Source: the human T2T-CHM13v2.0 reference genome, Homo sapiens
Length of the DNA stretch: 64,000 nt
Reading direction: 5' to 3'
Assembly: GCA_009914755.4 (NCBI GenBank)
Contig: CP068257.2
Span: 23,712,001 to 23,776,000, forward strand
The notes beneath the pieces were generated by a model. That model was not told where the DNA came from. It did no database searches and saw nothing but the letters and a program-made list of their open reading frames with translations. Numbering within the stretch: the first letter of the stretch is position 1; every line of letters begins with the position of its first letter. A program made the position numbers and the translations under genes. Below are positions 14,161-27,120 of this stretch, in pieces.

Positions 14161-16633
14161 GTGAGAACTAACAATAAAATTCCTAGCCCCCAAGGATGGA
14201 ATGAACCCCTCTCTTAGCCAATGGGACCCCAGGGAAATATTAAAAACTGAATTCCTAGCCATGATGGAATGGGAGTTCAAACATGTTTCATGATACCCTC
14301 CTTTTTGTGGTTTAGACATGAAAACTGACCAGCATTAACACTGAAACAGATCATAAGACTGATGGAACAGACTCTTTGTGGCAATAAGATACCAAATTAT
14401 AAAGACCTAACACCATACCAGGCAAGGGTTAAGTCACACACCCCTACACTTAAAGAATAAATTCTGTTCTAACTGCCACCAGATTTCTTTTTCCATAGTG
14501 GCTAAACGAGCATCGGCCTCAAGATAAGCAATATTAAAAACAATTATAGCTCATCCACCACCAGACGCAGACTAACTCCCTGTTCCACAAGCCGTAACTA
14601 TAGCTTTGATTGAACCAGAAGCTGATTTCAGTAACTTTCTTCTGATAAGAGGCCACTAACTATAGGATGGTTCTGGCCAGTTTACAGAGGCTGCATGCTA
14701 GAGTGCCTCGTTTTTTTCGCTTCACTTTTTTGACCCAATTGTAATGCATTTAAAGGTGAAGTCTCCACTCCCAACGTGAAATGGGACACATGTAACATGC
14801 ATGTTTATTCAATATGCATGCATCAGGATCTTCTTTGTAAATATTCATAGCTTCTCCTATAACTGTTGAATATATATGTGTAGCCAACCTGTTTAGCGTA
14901 AAGCTCCTGCCCCAACCCCCCCTCCTATGCAGTGCCTGTTAACAGTCTCTGCTGGAGGCTACACTTCCCAGCCTGGCAGGATGGCTACCCTGCAGTCTGT
15001 AACCCTTTATAAAAAATAAAGTCTCCTTTCCAAAGTACATAGGCAATTGAAGTAGAATATAATAAGTGATATGAAGTATAGAGAAAATGATCACCTGTCT
15101 AGCTGGAGGATTGAGAGTAGGCTTCTAAGATAACATCCAAACTGACTCTTGAAGCATAAGAAACCCATTTTACCTGGGATTATCCAGTTGAAAAACCAAG
15201 GCAGGGGCAGCCAGGAAACTCCATGTACAAATTAGAGAAAACAAAGTTTAAGTCTCAGTTTCCTTATAAAAGTTAGGACCAGGATTTAAACTCAGCTTTG
15301 ACTCCAAAGATTGTGTTTATTCTACTTCCACCAAAATTTAGAAAGGAAAATGGTAGTAGATGCATATACAACTGCCTCTCCATCCTTCACAGGTGTATCT
15401 AGAGCCAACTCTCACCACTGTGATTTTCCAGGACATGGTTTTCTTACCCTGTTGCTCCCATGAAGAACAAAATGCAGTTTGAACTAGTTGACAACAGTAA
15501 CATAGAGAGTTCTGAAGTACTTTTTTGACTGCCAAAGCTCCCCTGATGGGAGTTGGCAGCAGAAATACTTTCTGGGTTAGACAATTACTGGTAGTAAAGA
15601 ATCCCTGAAGGTTACACCTAACTCCAGTTATGCCATTACTTACACCGAATGTTGACCTACCCATGTATAATAGGCAGCAAAGAAATATTTTTTAGTTAGT
15701 GACTGAGAGCTCTTTTCATACAATATTATAGTTCTCATATTTTTAACAATTATTACTGATTGTTCTAATTTTAAATAGTTGTTTAAATTTCATAGAATAA
15801 AATATGTGTCACCTTGCCAGAATAACGAATATGGTTTTATGATTCAGTGTTTAGCTAATGCAAAATACCTCCTCGAGACTCACCCCAAATGTTTCAGGAA
15901 GGAATCCAAACAATTTTTATTAGGAAATGACAACATGTAACTAGAATGTAAAATTAAGGAACTTACAATAAAGCAAGCTTCAGTGCAATCACTTATTTCA
16001 GCAGTTGATGGATTCTATTAGCAGAGTCGTTTTGGCACTGGTTTCCAGGTGGAGCATGATTAATCATTACTCCTGCAAGGCACTCATTCATCATTACCCA
16101 AGTAAATAAATATTTTTACATCTTTAATTTTAATACCTAAATCAACCAGAAAGAAATTAGTCTATTTACTTGGGGGTGAGAGAACTCTGTAGAAATGAAG
16201 GTCTGTGTTGATTGACTAGGAAGGAATCCAGTACCACATCAGCAGCGTAGCCCAGGAATGGGAAGCAGAGATCACAGCTCTGACTCATGTTCGATATGAG
16301 GTGGCCCAGAGCTCCCAGTGTTTCTGAGGCTGACTCAGAACTCTGAGTAGGACTGTGGTGAGCCAACAGTCGCCATGGAATATGAACGAGACACATGGGT
16401 TTTGATGTGATGTGACCTCATGTGATGTGGTGTAGCTGGAAGGGCCTCCTGGCACAGTGCTGGGCCCAGACTTGGGGGTCAGGACCTGTCAGATGAATTA
16501 GCTTCTGAAAGAGTCAGCCATGCTGCCAGCAAACACTGTGGGTGGGCTTGGTATAGAGGATCGCCTGGTCAGTGGTTCTCAAACTCGAGCATGTCAGAAT
16601 GAACTGGTCTGCTGGTTAAAAATGCAGATTTCA

Positions 16634-16925
16634 GACCAGGTGCAGTGGTTCACATCTGTACTCTCAGCACTTTGGGAGGCCGAGGCAGGTGGATCACTTG
16701 AGGCCAGGAGTAAGAGACCAGCCTGGGCAGCATAGTGAGACCCTGTCTGAACAAAAAAATTTAAAATAAATTAGCTGGGTATGGTGGTGCTTGCCTATAG
16801 TTCTAGCTACTTGGGAGACTGAGGCAGGAGGACCACTTGAACCTACGAATGAGGCATTACAATGAGCCGTAATCACACTACTGAACTGTAGCCTGGGTGA
16901 GAGTGAGAACATGTCTCAAAAAGAA
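16634..16925 (+). mobile_element. Alu SINE, older and more diverged (AluJ/S-like)
   Basis: 'gaccaggtgcagtggttcacatctgtactctcagcactttgggaggccgaggcaggtggatcacttgaggccaggag...gcctgggtgagagtgagaacatgtctcaaaaag'. Confidence 0.85.
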
Positions 16926-19435
16926 ATGAAGATTCTCTGGCCCAATCCCAGAAGTTCAGATTCAGTAAGATAGGGATGGAACTCAGAAATGCGCATTTTT
17001 AAAACTTACAGTGTAGGTTTCTGATGAGAAAGCATAGTCTAGGAGGTAATGAAATAAATAAGATAAATACCTTAAATTCTACCTGGCAGGATGAACAATA
17101 ATATATAAAATCCAACAAATAAGGTTTCATGGCATAAGTACAAAGAAAGAAATTTGCCATTACCACCCTCTCACTCTGGCTACACTATAGGTAAGTGTAA
17201 GCGCCTCATATGTTGTTTCCAATTTTCAGAGGCTATTAAGAAATTACTAATAAGATCTTACATTTATATTTTAATTCAAAAATTTTCATTTACTTTAATA
17301 TACCAGTTGAGTGCATAACAGGCAGTTCTCTTGTAGTGGAAAAGGTATCATATCAGATACTAAAGGAAAAAAACTGAATTCAAATCACAATTTCATTTCT
17401 GGCTAAATTTATCATATTGATATGTGATAAAGCAACTCAATTTCTTTGACTTAAATCTTGGAATAATATTACCTGTGGAGAATGATCGTTATAAGAATTA
17501 AGTGAAAAGCGTATAAAAGCTCTGATGATCGTACCTGGTATATAGAGAAATCTCTGAAATTTTTTTGTCTAGATGGATGAATGAACAAACACACACTTGA
17601 GTGGATGAGAAACTTTTTTGAAATTAAGTGAATGATGAAAATATTGGCAAACATGACATGTTAGCTTTCAATTTAGTGGCAAACATGATGAATTCTTTAA
17701 TTATTTTAATTACCAATTACTTCCTTGTCTCAGTGTATTTTTACCCACTAGAATCACAAGTGACATCATTCCTTATTTTTATCCTGCTTTGCTTTGATTT
17801 CTTACATAGCCTTGATGTAAATCATTTAAAAATCCCATTTAAACCACAGACCAGCAGAGCCTGGCAGCCTTTGGATTTAGTGCTGTTGAACCATACAGGA
17901 AAACTAATTTGTTCCTTTGGTTTTCATTTTGTGCATCCTTCCCATCTTATTCACTACTTTTATTAATTTCTAGAGCATGGTCTGTGAGTAGCTCCACAGA
18001 AGTTCGCAATTACGTGGAGCTGTCTTCCATGTTAACTCTTCAAATGGCTTCATTTATAGGCACAGCTGTCTCATCTCGACTTCACTGGGAGAGAGGCAGA
18101 ACTAGCATTTCCTGTCTCACAGCCCATTTATTTTCAGACACGTGTTGCAGCATACATTAAGTTCAATTTCTGTGGAGCTGTTATCAAGGTATAGAACCAT
18201 GCACAGTTGGATGGCACCATTCCCTCCAAAAGGGACAAGAACGAATAATGTAGAAGAAATGGACAGACATAGGAAAAGGTAAATTTTCCAATCACTGACA
18301 TCCAGCACATGCTGTGGAAAAGAACAGGCTGTGTGAATTAGAGGTGGATGGCACTTGTGTATTTATAAACAATTTCACACACATCATTTGATAGTCTATG
18401 CTATGACATAGGTATTATCATAGTCCTTATTTTAGAGATGAGAAAATGGAAGCACAACAGGGTTGTGTAAATTGCTCAAAGTCACACAGTTGGCAAACTG
18501 CATAGCAGAAATTGGAAATCACTTTTATCTAACACCAAATCCGAGATTTCTTCCAAAATGATCGTATTTCTCCATATTCAGATGTGACTCTAGGGTTAGC
18601 AGAATCCTTAGGTAGAAGGGAAGGGGAGGCATATCCAAGACAAATGCAGTTTTTCAAAGTCAACCTGCATAATCTGATTTAAACAAACCCCCCCCCCCGC
18701 CCATCACATTATGCTCAAAGGCATTCTGTGGGTCTTACCTTCTTAATTTATTGCTAGTCGGTAACCACAGGAGATTCACTTTTTCAGATGCTCACTGTTA
18801 CCTTCTTTCTTTTGTCACAGTCAACTGACACTACCAAAGCCGTCAGTATTGGGGGATCATTGGCTTTAGCCTTACTTGGTTGAATTCCTTTGTACCTGAA
18901 GGGTCTGAAGTTCATTAGGTTGCAGCAATTGCTTTTTACAGAGGCATTGTTTCACACAATTGAAATTTTACTTAGTACATAATAGCATTTGCCTAAGTAA
19001 ACTTTGAATAATCTCTAGTTCAAAGAATTCTACAGTTAAAATGCCCACACACACAACCCTCCCTCTTAAAATGGCTGGAATAGGTTCATTATTATATTTT
19101 AGTGCATGCAAACAACAGTTAAATGCCAAAATAGAAACATGTTCACCCAAAGGATGACATGCCCTGCATTCTTGTGTAAATCTCAAAGGATCTTGTTTAC
19201 CTTCTTTTTTTGTGGTCTAGAAAGGTCCTTATATAAGTGAACTACAGACTTCTCTGTCCTCAGCTGAGACTCCTTTACTGAATGTTTGATTAAGCACCTT
19301 AAATACATTTTCCAGGTTCAAGAAACTGCTGAACACACCAGGTATAATGAGCTCAAGCATTGTGGGATCAAGATGAAACCTCAAACACATGGGAAATGCA
19401 ACTAATGCTGACATCTGTAGCAAAGGAAATTCCTC

Positions 19436-19730
19436 CTGCTCCCCACCCCTCCTCCTCCTCCTCCCCCTCCTCCTCCCCCTCTCCCACCCCTCCTCCTCTC
19501 CCCACCCCTCCTCCTCCTCCTCCCACTCCTCCCCCTTCTCCTCCCCCTCCCTTCCTCCTCCTCCTCCCCATCCTCTTCCTACTCCCCCTCCCCTCCCCTC
19601 CTCCTCCTCCTCCTCTTCCCACTCCTTCTCCTCCCCCTCCCATTCCCCCTCCTCCTCCTCCTTCCCCTCCCCTTTCCCCTCCCCCTCCTTCCCCTCCCCT
19701 TTCCCCTCCCCCTCCTCTCCTCACACTACT
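19436..19730. repeat. polypyrimidine/polypurine low-complexity tract ((CCT)n/(CCCTCC)n-like, ~295 bp, >95% C+T on the top strand)
   Basis: 'tcctcctgctccccacccctcctcctcctcctccccctcctcctccccctctcccacccc...ttcccctcccctttcccctccccctcctctcctc'. Spurious ORFs 19360..19821, 19389..19886 and 19368..19814 (-) are translations of this tract. Confidence 0.9.
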
Positions 19731-20816
19731 ACCTATGCCCAGAGTGGAGGATGCATTTTGGGACCTCTCACTTCCAGCCTCTCTCCCCACCCACTTCTGC
19801 TCCTCACCCACCACTTCTTAACTCCTCCACAAGAAAGAAGTTGCTGGTTGTCAGAAATGGAGATGATCGTAGGCACATTATACTAAGTACCTTAAGGAGT
19901 ATCCACGAGAGCTCTCTGCTTTTTCCCCCTACTTTTAAGCAGACCCAGGCAAATCTGACTTTCCAGAATTCATTCTGTCTCTGTCAATCTCTTCCCTTTC
20001 TTTCCTTGTGAGCACGCAATCGAACACAGTAGTTCCTACTTACGTTCAAGGGGTACGTTCCAAACCCCTAAGCTTGAAACCACAGATAGCACAAACCTTG
20101 TATGCGTGATGCTTTTTCCTGTACGTATATATCTACAAAAATGTTTATTTTATAAATTAGGCACAATAAGAGTTTAACAACAATAACTAATAATCAATTA
20201 TAACAACATGCCAGCCTCACTACTCTTGGCTTTGGGACCATTACGATGTAAAATAAGGGTTACTTGAACACCAGCACTGCAATATCCCCGCAGCTGATCT
20301 GGTAACCTAGAAGGCTACCAGGTGACTCACAGATGGGGAGCATGTTCAGCGTGGATCACCAGGAAAAAGGGGTGATGCCGGCCCCGGGCAAGGTGCAGTG
20401 AGACGGCACAAGATTTCATCACGCTACTCAGAGTGGCACACAATTTAAAACTTAGGAATTGTTTATTTCTGGAATTTTCCATTTAATATTTTTGGACATC
20501 CATTAACCATAGGTAACTGAAACCGCAGAAAGCAAAACTTCAGATTGGGAGCTCCTACTGTAGTATTAGATCCAGAAGAAAAGAAGTCCTTTCTTTGACT
20601 TAGCTAATGAGCCTGTATTGAGAGCGAGTAATAAATTGTCACTTTCTTCTCCTTTTCTCACCACTAATCCTTCAGTTACCTATTTAATACAACACCCGTC
20701 AGGGAGAAATTCTAAGTGGTAAAGTTGTTTCCACTCATTCCTGAGACTTCAGTTAGTACCTTTAAAATATACACAAACCTTCCAATCTTCAGTATAATTA
20801 CTATACTTGATTCTAT

Positions 20817-20841
20817 TCAATCAATCAATCAATCAATCACT
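20817..20841. repeat. (CAAT)n microsatellite (~6 units)
   Basis: 'ttcaatcaatcaatcaatcaatcac'. Confidence 0.75.
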
Positions 20842-21337
20842 GGGCCAACTGCTAATTGTAAAACCCCAAAATGAAGGAAAATGAATATATCATGGGAGTT
20901 CACTAAGAGATATTGAAGGCAAATTCACATGCATCCTGTGAATGGCCTTTTAATTTCAATATTTCCACATTCCTTTTATTGAGTGGGTATTACCTACGTC
21001 ATCACTTCTTCAATAATTTTTTTAATTTTCATTCATATTTTTTATTTTTATTTTTTATTTTGGGGGTACATGTGATAATTTAATACATTCATATAATTTG
21101 TAAAAATCAAATAGTGTAATTGGGATATCTATCATGTTAAGTATTTGTCTTTTCTTTATGCTAGAAACATTCATTCTCTTCTAGTTATTTTGAAACCTAC
21201 GGTAGATTATTGTAATCTGTAGTCACCCTACTGACCTATCAAATGCTAGATCTTATGTTTAATCAGACTGTATATTTGTATTCATTTAAAAAACCTCTCT
21301 TCATCTCCCCATTTCCCCTACCCTTCCTTCTTGACCT

Positions 21338-23937
21338 CTGATAACCATAAATGTCATATATGGCCTTTATTATTTTGAGGTATGTTCCTTCTATATCCAG
21401 TTTGTTGGGAGTTTTTATCATAAAGGAATTTTGAATTTTATTGAATGCATTTTCAGCATCAATTGAGATGATTATATGGTTTCGTTCTTGATTCTGTGAG
21501 TGTGATGTATCACATTTATTGATTTGCATATGTTGAACCGTCCTTGCACCCTGAAATTAATTCCACCTGACCATGGTGAATGATCTTTTTAATATGCTAT
21601 TGAATTCAGTCTGCTAGTATTTTGTTGATGATGTTTATATCTATGTTCACCAGTGCCACTGGCCAGCAGTTTCCTTTTTTGTTTTTCTTTGTCTGGTTTT
21701 GGTATGAGGGGAATGCTGACCTCATAGAATGAGTTTGGAAGTATTTCTTCCTCTTCCATTTTTTTGAAGAATTTGAGTAGAATTGGTATTAGTCCTTCTT
21801 TAAATATTTTGTAAATTTTAGGAGTGAAGCCCTCAGGTCCTGGACTTTTCCTTGAGGGGAGACTTTTTATTACAGCTTCAATCTTGTTACTCATTGTTGG
21901 TTTGTTTAAGTTTTCTATTTCTTCATGGTTCAATCTTGGTAAGAGGTATGTGTACAGGAATTATTTATTTCCTCTAGGTTTTACAATTTATTGGTGTATA
22001 GTTGTTCATAATATTCCTCTAATGATTCTTTGTGTTTATATCATCTCATTTATAATGTCTCCTTTATCATTTCTGATTTGAATTCTTTGAGTGTTCACTC
22101 TTTTTTTCCTTAGTCTAGCTAAAGGTATGTCAATTTTGTTTATCTTTCTAAAGAATCAACTTTTCATTTCACTGATCTTATTTTTTTCTCAATTTTATTT
22201 ATTTATGTTCTAATCTTTATCAGTTCTTTCCTTCTACTAATTTGGGGTTTGGTTTATTCTTACTCTTCTAGTTCCTTGACACGAATTATTGGCTTGTTTA
22301 TTTGAAGTCTTTCTACTTTTTTGATATCGGTGTTTATTGATTTAAGCTCTTCTTTTAGTACTGCTTTTGTTATATCTCATAGGTTTTGGTATGTTGTATT
22401 TTCATTTTTGTTTGTTTAGGGAAATTTTTTAAATTTTCTTCTTAATTTATTGACTTGGTCATTCATAAGCATGTTGTTTAATTTCCATATGTCTGTATGT
22501 TTTCTGAGGTTCTTCTTGTTATTGATTTCTTGATTAGCTCAATTGTGGATAGATAAGATAATTGATAAGATTTCTGCCTTTTTAAATTTGTTGGGACTTG
22601 TTTTGTGGCCTAAGATATGGTATATTCTGGTGAATGTTTCATGTGCTGATGAAAACAATGTGTATTCTGCAGCAGATGGGTGAAATGTTTTATAAATGTC
22701 AGGCCCCTTGGTCTAGTGTGTAGTTTAACTCCACATGTGCTTGTTGATTTCTGTCTAGATAATTCTGTCCATTACTGAGAGTGGAGTGTTCAAATTTTCT
22801 ACTATTATTGTATTGTAATCTATGACTCACTTTAGATTTATTAACATTTGCTTTACATACTTAGGAACTCCAATATTGGGTACATAGATATTTATAATTG
22901 TTATATCCTTTTGCTTAACTGACACCTTTATCATTACATAGTGACCTTCTTTGTCTCTTTTTACAGTCTTTAATTGTGGTCTATTTTATCCAATATAAGT
23001 ACAGCTACTTGCTTTTTTGGTTTCCAGTTACATGAAATATCTTTTTCTATCCCTTTACTTTCAATCTATGTGTGTCTTCATAGGTGTGGTGAGTTTCTTG
23101 TAGGCAACATATATGTGGGCCCTGTTTCCTTATTATTCAGCCACTCTATGCCTTTTAATTTGGGAATTGAGTCCATTGACATTCAGTGTTATTTTTTGTA
23201 AACAAAGACTTACTGTTGCCATTTCTTGCTTTTTTTCTGTTTGTTTTGAGATTTCTCTCTCTCTTTCCATGTTTCATAATGTCTTCCTTTGTGGTTAAGT
23301 GATTTCCTTTTCCTCTGGTAGTATGCTTTATTTTGTTGCCTTTTTTTTTCAGTGAATCTACTATAGGTGTCTGCATTATGGTTACCATGAGGCTTGCCAA
23401 TAACATCTTATAGATATAACAAGTTATTTTTAAAAGATGACAACTTAAATCATAAAGAAAAGAATGGAAAAAAAGAAAAATAAAAAAAATTGTGCATTTT
23501 TTAAACTCAACCCTCCCATATTTTTAGTTTTGTTGGCTTTATTTACCCACCTTTATGTTACCTACCTTTTAACAGGTTGCTATAGCTATTATTGTTTTTG
23601 ACAGATTTGTCTTTTGGGCTTCATACTAAACTTATGAGTGAGTTGCACACCACAATTACAATATTTGATGATCCTGGGTTTGTCTGTGGACTAGTTTAAC
23701 CAGTGGGTTTTATACTTTTTGAAAAGTTTTCTTCTGCACATTAGTGTATTTTTCTTTCAGATCGAAGAACACATTTTACCATTTCTTGTAAGATGGGTAT
23801 GCTGGTGACACATTCTCTCGGCTTTTGTTTGTCTGGGAAAGACTTTATCTCTCCTTTATATTTGAAGGATAGTTTTGTGGATACAGTATTCTTGGGTGAC
23901 AGGATGTTTTTCTTTCAGCACTTTGAAAATGTTGTTC
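21338..23937 (-). mobile_element. old LINE-1 (L1M/L1PB-type), antisense, 3' portion: ORF2 RT and EN domains, long inter-ORF spacer, ORF1 C-terminus. 3'-truncated within the RT domain
   Basis: Minus-strand ORFs 21263..21529 ([41 protein letters not shown] = ORF2 RT) and 21589..21933 (EIENLNKP...SLPSRKSPGPEGFTPKIYKIFKEGLIPILLKFFKKMEEEEILPNSFYEVSI.LIPKPDK = ORF2). 22100-23400 matches the antisense EN domain and the old-L1 inter-ORF region ('...ataagatgttattggcaagcctcatggtaaccataatgcagacacctatagtagattcactg'). 23790-23937 is the reverse complement of the ORF1 C-terminus (FKVLKEK..QPRILYP...). Confidence 0.82.
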
Positions 23938-25488
23938 TATTAACGTTCTTCACAGAACTAGAAAAAATTACTTTAAAATTCATATGGAACAAAAAAAAAA
24001 ATAGCCTGAATAGCCAAGGCAATCCTAAGCAAGAAGAACAAAGCTAGAGGTATCACATTACCCAATTCAAACTACACCACAGGGCTACAGTAACCAAAAC
24101 AGCATGGTACTGGTACAAAAACAGACACATGGATGAATGAAACATAATAGAGAGCCCAGAAATAGGGATACATACCTATGGCCATCTGATCTTTGACAAA
24201 GCTGACAAAAACAAGGCAATGGGGAAAAGACTCCTTATTCAATAAATAATTCTGGGATAACTGGCTAGCCATATACAGAAGATTGAAACCAGACCCCTTC
24301 CTTATACCATATACAAAAATCAACTAAAGATAAATTAAAGACTTAAGTTAAAACCCAAAACTATATGAACCCTGGAAGACAACCTAGACAATACCGTTCT
24401 GGACATAGGAATGAGCAAAGATTTTATGACAAAGGTGCAAAAAGTAATTGCAACAAAAGCAAAAATTGACAAATGGGACCTAATTAAACTTCAGAGCTTC
24501 TGCACAGCAAAAGAAACTATCAACAGAGTAAACATACAACCTACAGAATGGGAGAAAATTTTTGCAAACTATACATTTGACAAAGGTCTAGTATCTAGCA
24601 TCTATAAGAAACTTAAACACATTTACAAGAGAAAAACAACCCTATTAAAAAGTAGGCAAAGGACAGGAACAGACACTTTTCAATAGAAGACATATATGCA
24701 GCCAACAAGCATATGAAGAAAATCTCACTATCCCTGATCATTAAAGAAATATAAATCAAAACCACAATGAGACATCACCTCACACCAGTCAGAATGGCTA
24801 TTATTAAAAAGTCAAAAAACTATAGATGCTGTCAAGGATGTGGACAAAAAGGAACACTTATACACTATTGGTAGGAGTGTAAATTAGTTCAACTATTGTG
24901 GAAAGCAGTATGGTGATTCCTCAAAGAGCTAAAAGCAGAACCACCATTGGACGCAGCAATTCCATTACTGGGTTTATACCCAGAAGCATATACATCATTC
25001 TACCATAAAGACACATACATGTGAATGTTCACTGCTGCACTATTCACAATAGCAAAGATGTGGAATCAACCTAAATGCCCAACCACAACAGTTTGGATAA
25101 AGAAAATGTGGTACATATACACCACAGAATACTATGCAGCCGTAAAAAAGAATGAGTTAATGTCTTTTGTGTGAACACTGAAGGAGCTGGAGGCTATTAT
25201 CCTAGGCAAACTAATGCAGAAACAGGAAACCAAATACTCCATGTTCTCACTTGTAAGTGGGAGCTAAATGATGAGAACTCATGAACACAAAGAAGGGAAT
25301 AACAGACACCGGGGTCTACTTGGGGATGGAGGGCGGGAGAAGGGAGAGGAGCAGAAAAGAAGACTACTGGGCACTGGGCTTAGTACCCGGGTGATGAAAT
25401 CATCCGCACAACAAACCCTTGTGACATGAGTTTACCTATGTAACAAACCTTCAGATGTACCCCAAAACCTAAACTAAAAGTTATTTAA
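23938..25488 (+). mobile_element. younger LINE-1 (L1PA-like) 3' fragment (ORF2 C-terminal ~290 aa, 3'UTR and A-rich tail), nested inside the older antisense L1
   Basis: ORFs 23793..24047 (...FFTELEKITLKFIWNKKK...) and 24411..24686 ([76 protein letters not shown]). The reading continues through ...HLTPVRMAIIKKSKNYRCCQGCGQKGTLIHYW... to 'gtaacaaaccttcagatgtaccccaaaacctaaactaaaagtt' and an A-rich tail. Flanked by 12-bp direct repeats 'aaaatgttgttc' (23926-23937) and 'aaaatattgttc' (25489-25500), with one mismatch. Confidence 0.88.
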
Positions 25489-25500
25489 AAAATATTGTTC

Positions 25501-27120
25501 CACTCCCTCACAGCCTGTATGATTTTCACTGACAGGTTTGTTAGGCAAATTGGAGCTCCTTTATACGTTATTTGCTTCTCTGCTTTCAGGATTCTCTCTG
25601 TCCTTGACATTTGAAAGTTTGATCGTAATATGACTTTTGGTAGTCTTATTTAGGTCAGACACCTATTTGGTGTTCTCTGACCTTCCTGTACTTAGATATT
25701 TTCCTCTTTATTTAGTTTTGGAAGGTTTTCTGTTATTGTGTATTTAAATAAGCTTTCCACTCTTTCCTCTTGCTCAACTCCCTCTTGAACACCAATAATT
25801 CTTGGGTTTAGTCTTTCAAGTTAAATTTCTATTTCTTTTTGGTGATTATTTCTTTATATCCTTTTTCTTTTTTCTCGTCTGTGTATTTTCAAATAGCCTA
25901 TCTTTGAACTCACTGATTCTTTCCTCTGCTTAAGCCATTCTGCTGCTTCTAATGAATTTTTGATTCAGCAAATGTATTTCCCAGTTCCAAGATTTCTGTC
26001 TGTTTGTTTTTATTAGTTCAATCTCATTATTAAATCTCTCTGGTAAATTTCTGAATTGTTTTTCTGTGTTATCCTGGAGATTACTGAGTTTCCCTAAAAC
26101 TGCTATTTTGAATTCTTGGTCAGAGTGATCACATATCAGCATCTAGTTAGAGTCAGTTGCTGGATCCTGGCTTTGTTCCTTTGGAGAAATGATGGTTCCC
26201 TATTTGCTATTGTTTCTTGTGGATATATGTCTATGCCTTTGCATTGAAGGATTTATTATTTATTCTAGTCTTTTTGTCTAAGTTGTTCGGGTTTTTATTG
26301 GATATGTTTGCTTAGAGATGCTTTGTAATTTCTCTGTTGATTTTCTTTTTCCTCTGCTTGGTCACTGCTTCTTTTCAGTACTAGATGGTGTCTTACACCC
26401 AAGTCTCCCTTGATTCTAGGAAACAATCAGAGTGCTGCCATCTCAAATGAGAGAGGTCACAAAGGAGATACTTAATAGTATTAGAATGGTGCCTGTGCCT
26501 AAAGATTCACGCCCAGTGACCTGTGGAACAAACCTTTTACAGTTTGATGCTGCTGAACAGCCACTCTGATTTGCCATCTCTTTGACCAAGTTGCAGAGCA
26601 GAGCTTCCTGGGCTAAGAACAGTAGTCCAGCCTCTCCTCTTTGTCTCTAACTGTCTTCCAGGATATTTCTCCCTTTAGGTACTCCCAATGCTTCCTGTGG
26701 GTTGAGGCAGGGACAGTTACCCTGCCAAAGAACCTGGGATTATGGAGAAGCTTGTTATCACCTTGATCGCACTTTTTCCAGTATAGAAACTGTGAGTTGG
26801 GAAAATTTTCCACATGCTTGGTGTTGGGCAGATGGGAGGATGGATGTCATGAATATGAAGGTCCAATTCTCTTACTGTTTTCTTAGAGTTTTTTCACTTC
26901 TCTGTGGCCCCAGGAACATCTCAGCCTCATATTTGAGTTCTGAGATATTGCTGGTGATAATCTTCGTACTGCATATTTGTTTTTGGTATTCTATGGGGAA
27001 AAGTAAGGCCAGTTTGCTTCTATGTTGCCATTTTGGAACCAGAAGTCTCCTCCAAAGATTGTTTTTTTCATCAAAATTAGCTCATATGATGGTTCTGCTG
27101 TGTCTTAACCTGTGATCCCT
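25501..27120 (-). mobile_element. continuation of the old antisense LINE-1: ORF1 N-terminal half plus 5'UTR
   Basis: Minus-strand ORF 25930..26142 (DQEFKIAVLGKLSNLQDNTEKQFRNLPERFNNEIELIKTNRQ...) matches old-L1 ORF1 (DKEFKIIVLRKLSELQENTDRQLNEIRKT...NKEIEIIKKNQ). 26100-26200 matches antisense 'ttttgaattctttgtcaggcaattcatagatctccatttctttagggtcagttactggag...ttcctttggtggtgtcat'. The upstream (right-hand) end is approximate. Confidence 0.65.

Noticed and set aside
18688-18699. C11 homopolymer ('aaacaaaccccccccccgcccatc').
   Set aside because: Simple homopolymer run. Likely length-polymorphic and sequencing-error-prone but of no structural significance.
21061-21075. 14-nt match 'ttgggggtacatgtg' to the antisense L1 3' terminus, immediately left of the truncated antisense L1.
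   Set aside because: Too short to call. The following 270 bp do not match L1, so I could not support a second L1 piece or a specific rearrangement model.
21338-25488. Twin-priming (5'-inverted) L1 insertion to explain the antisense-L1 / sense-L1 juxtaposition.
   Set aside because: The antisense L1 resumes on the far side of the sense fragment (ORF1 N-terminal half and 5'UTR at 25501-27120), and the sense fragment has its own 12-bp duplication. Nested insertion explains this better than inversion.
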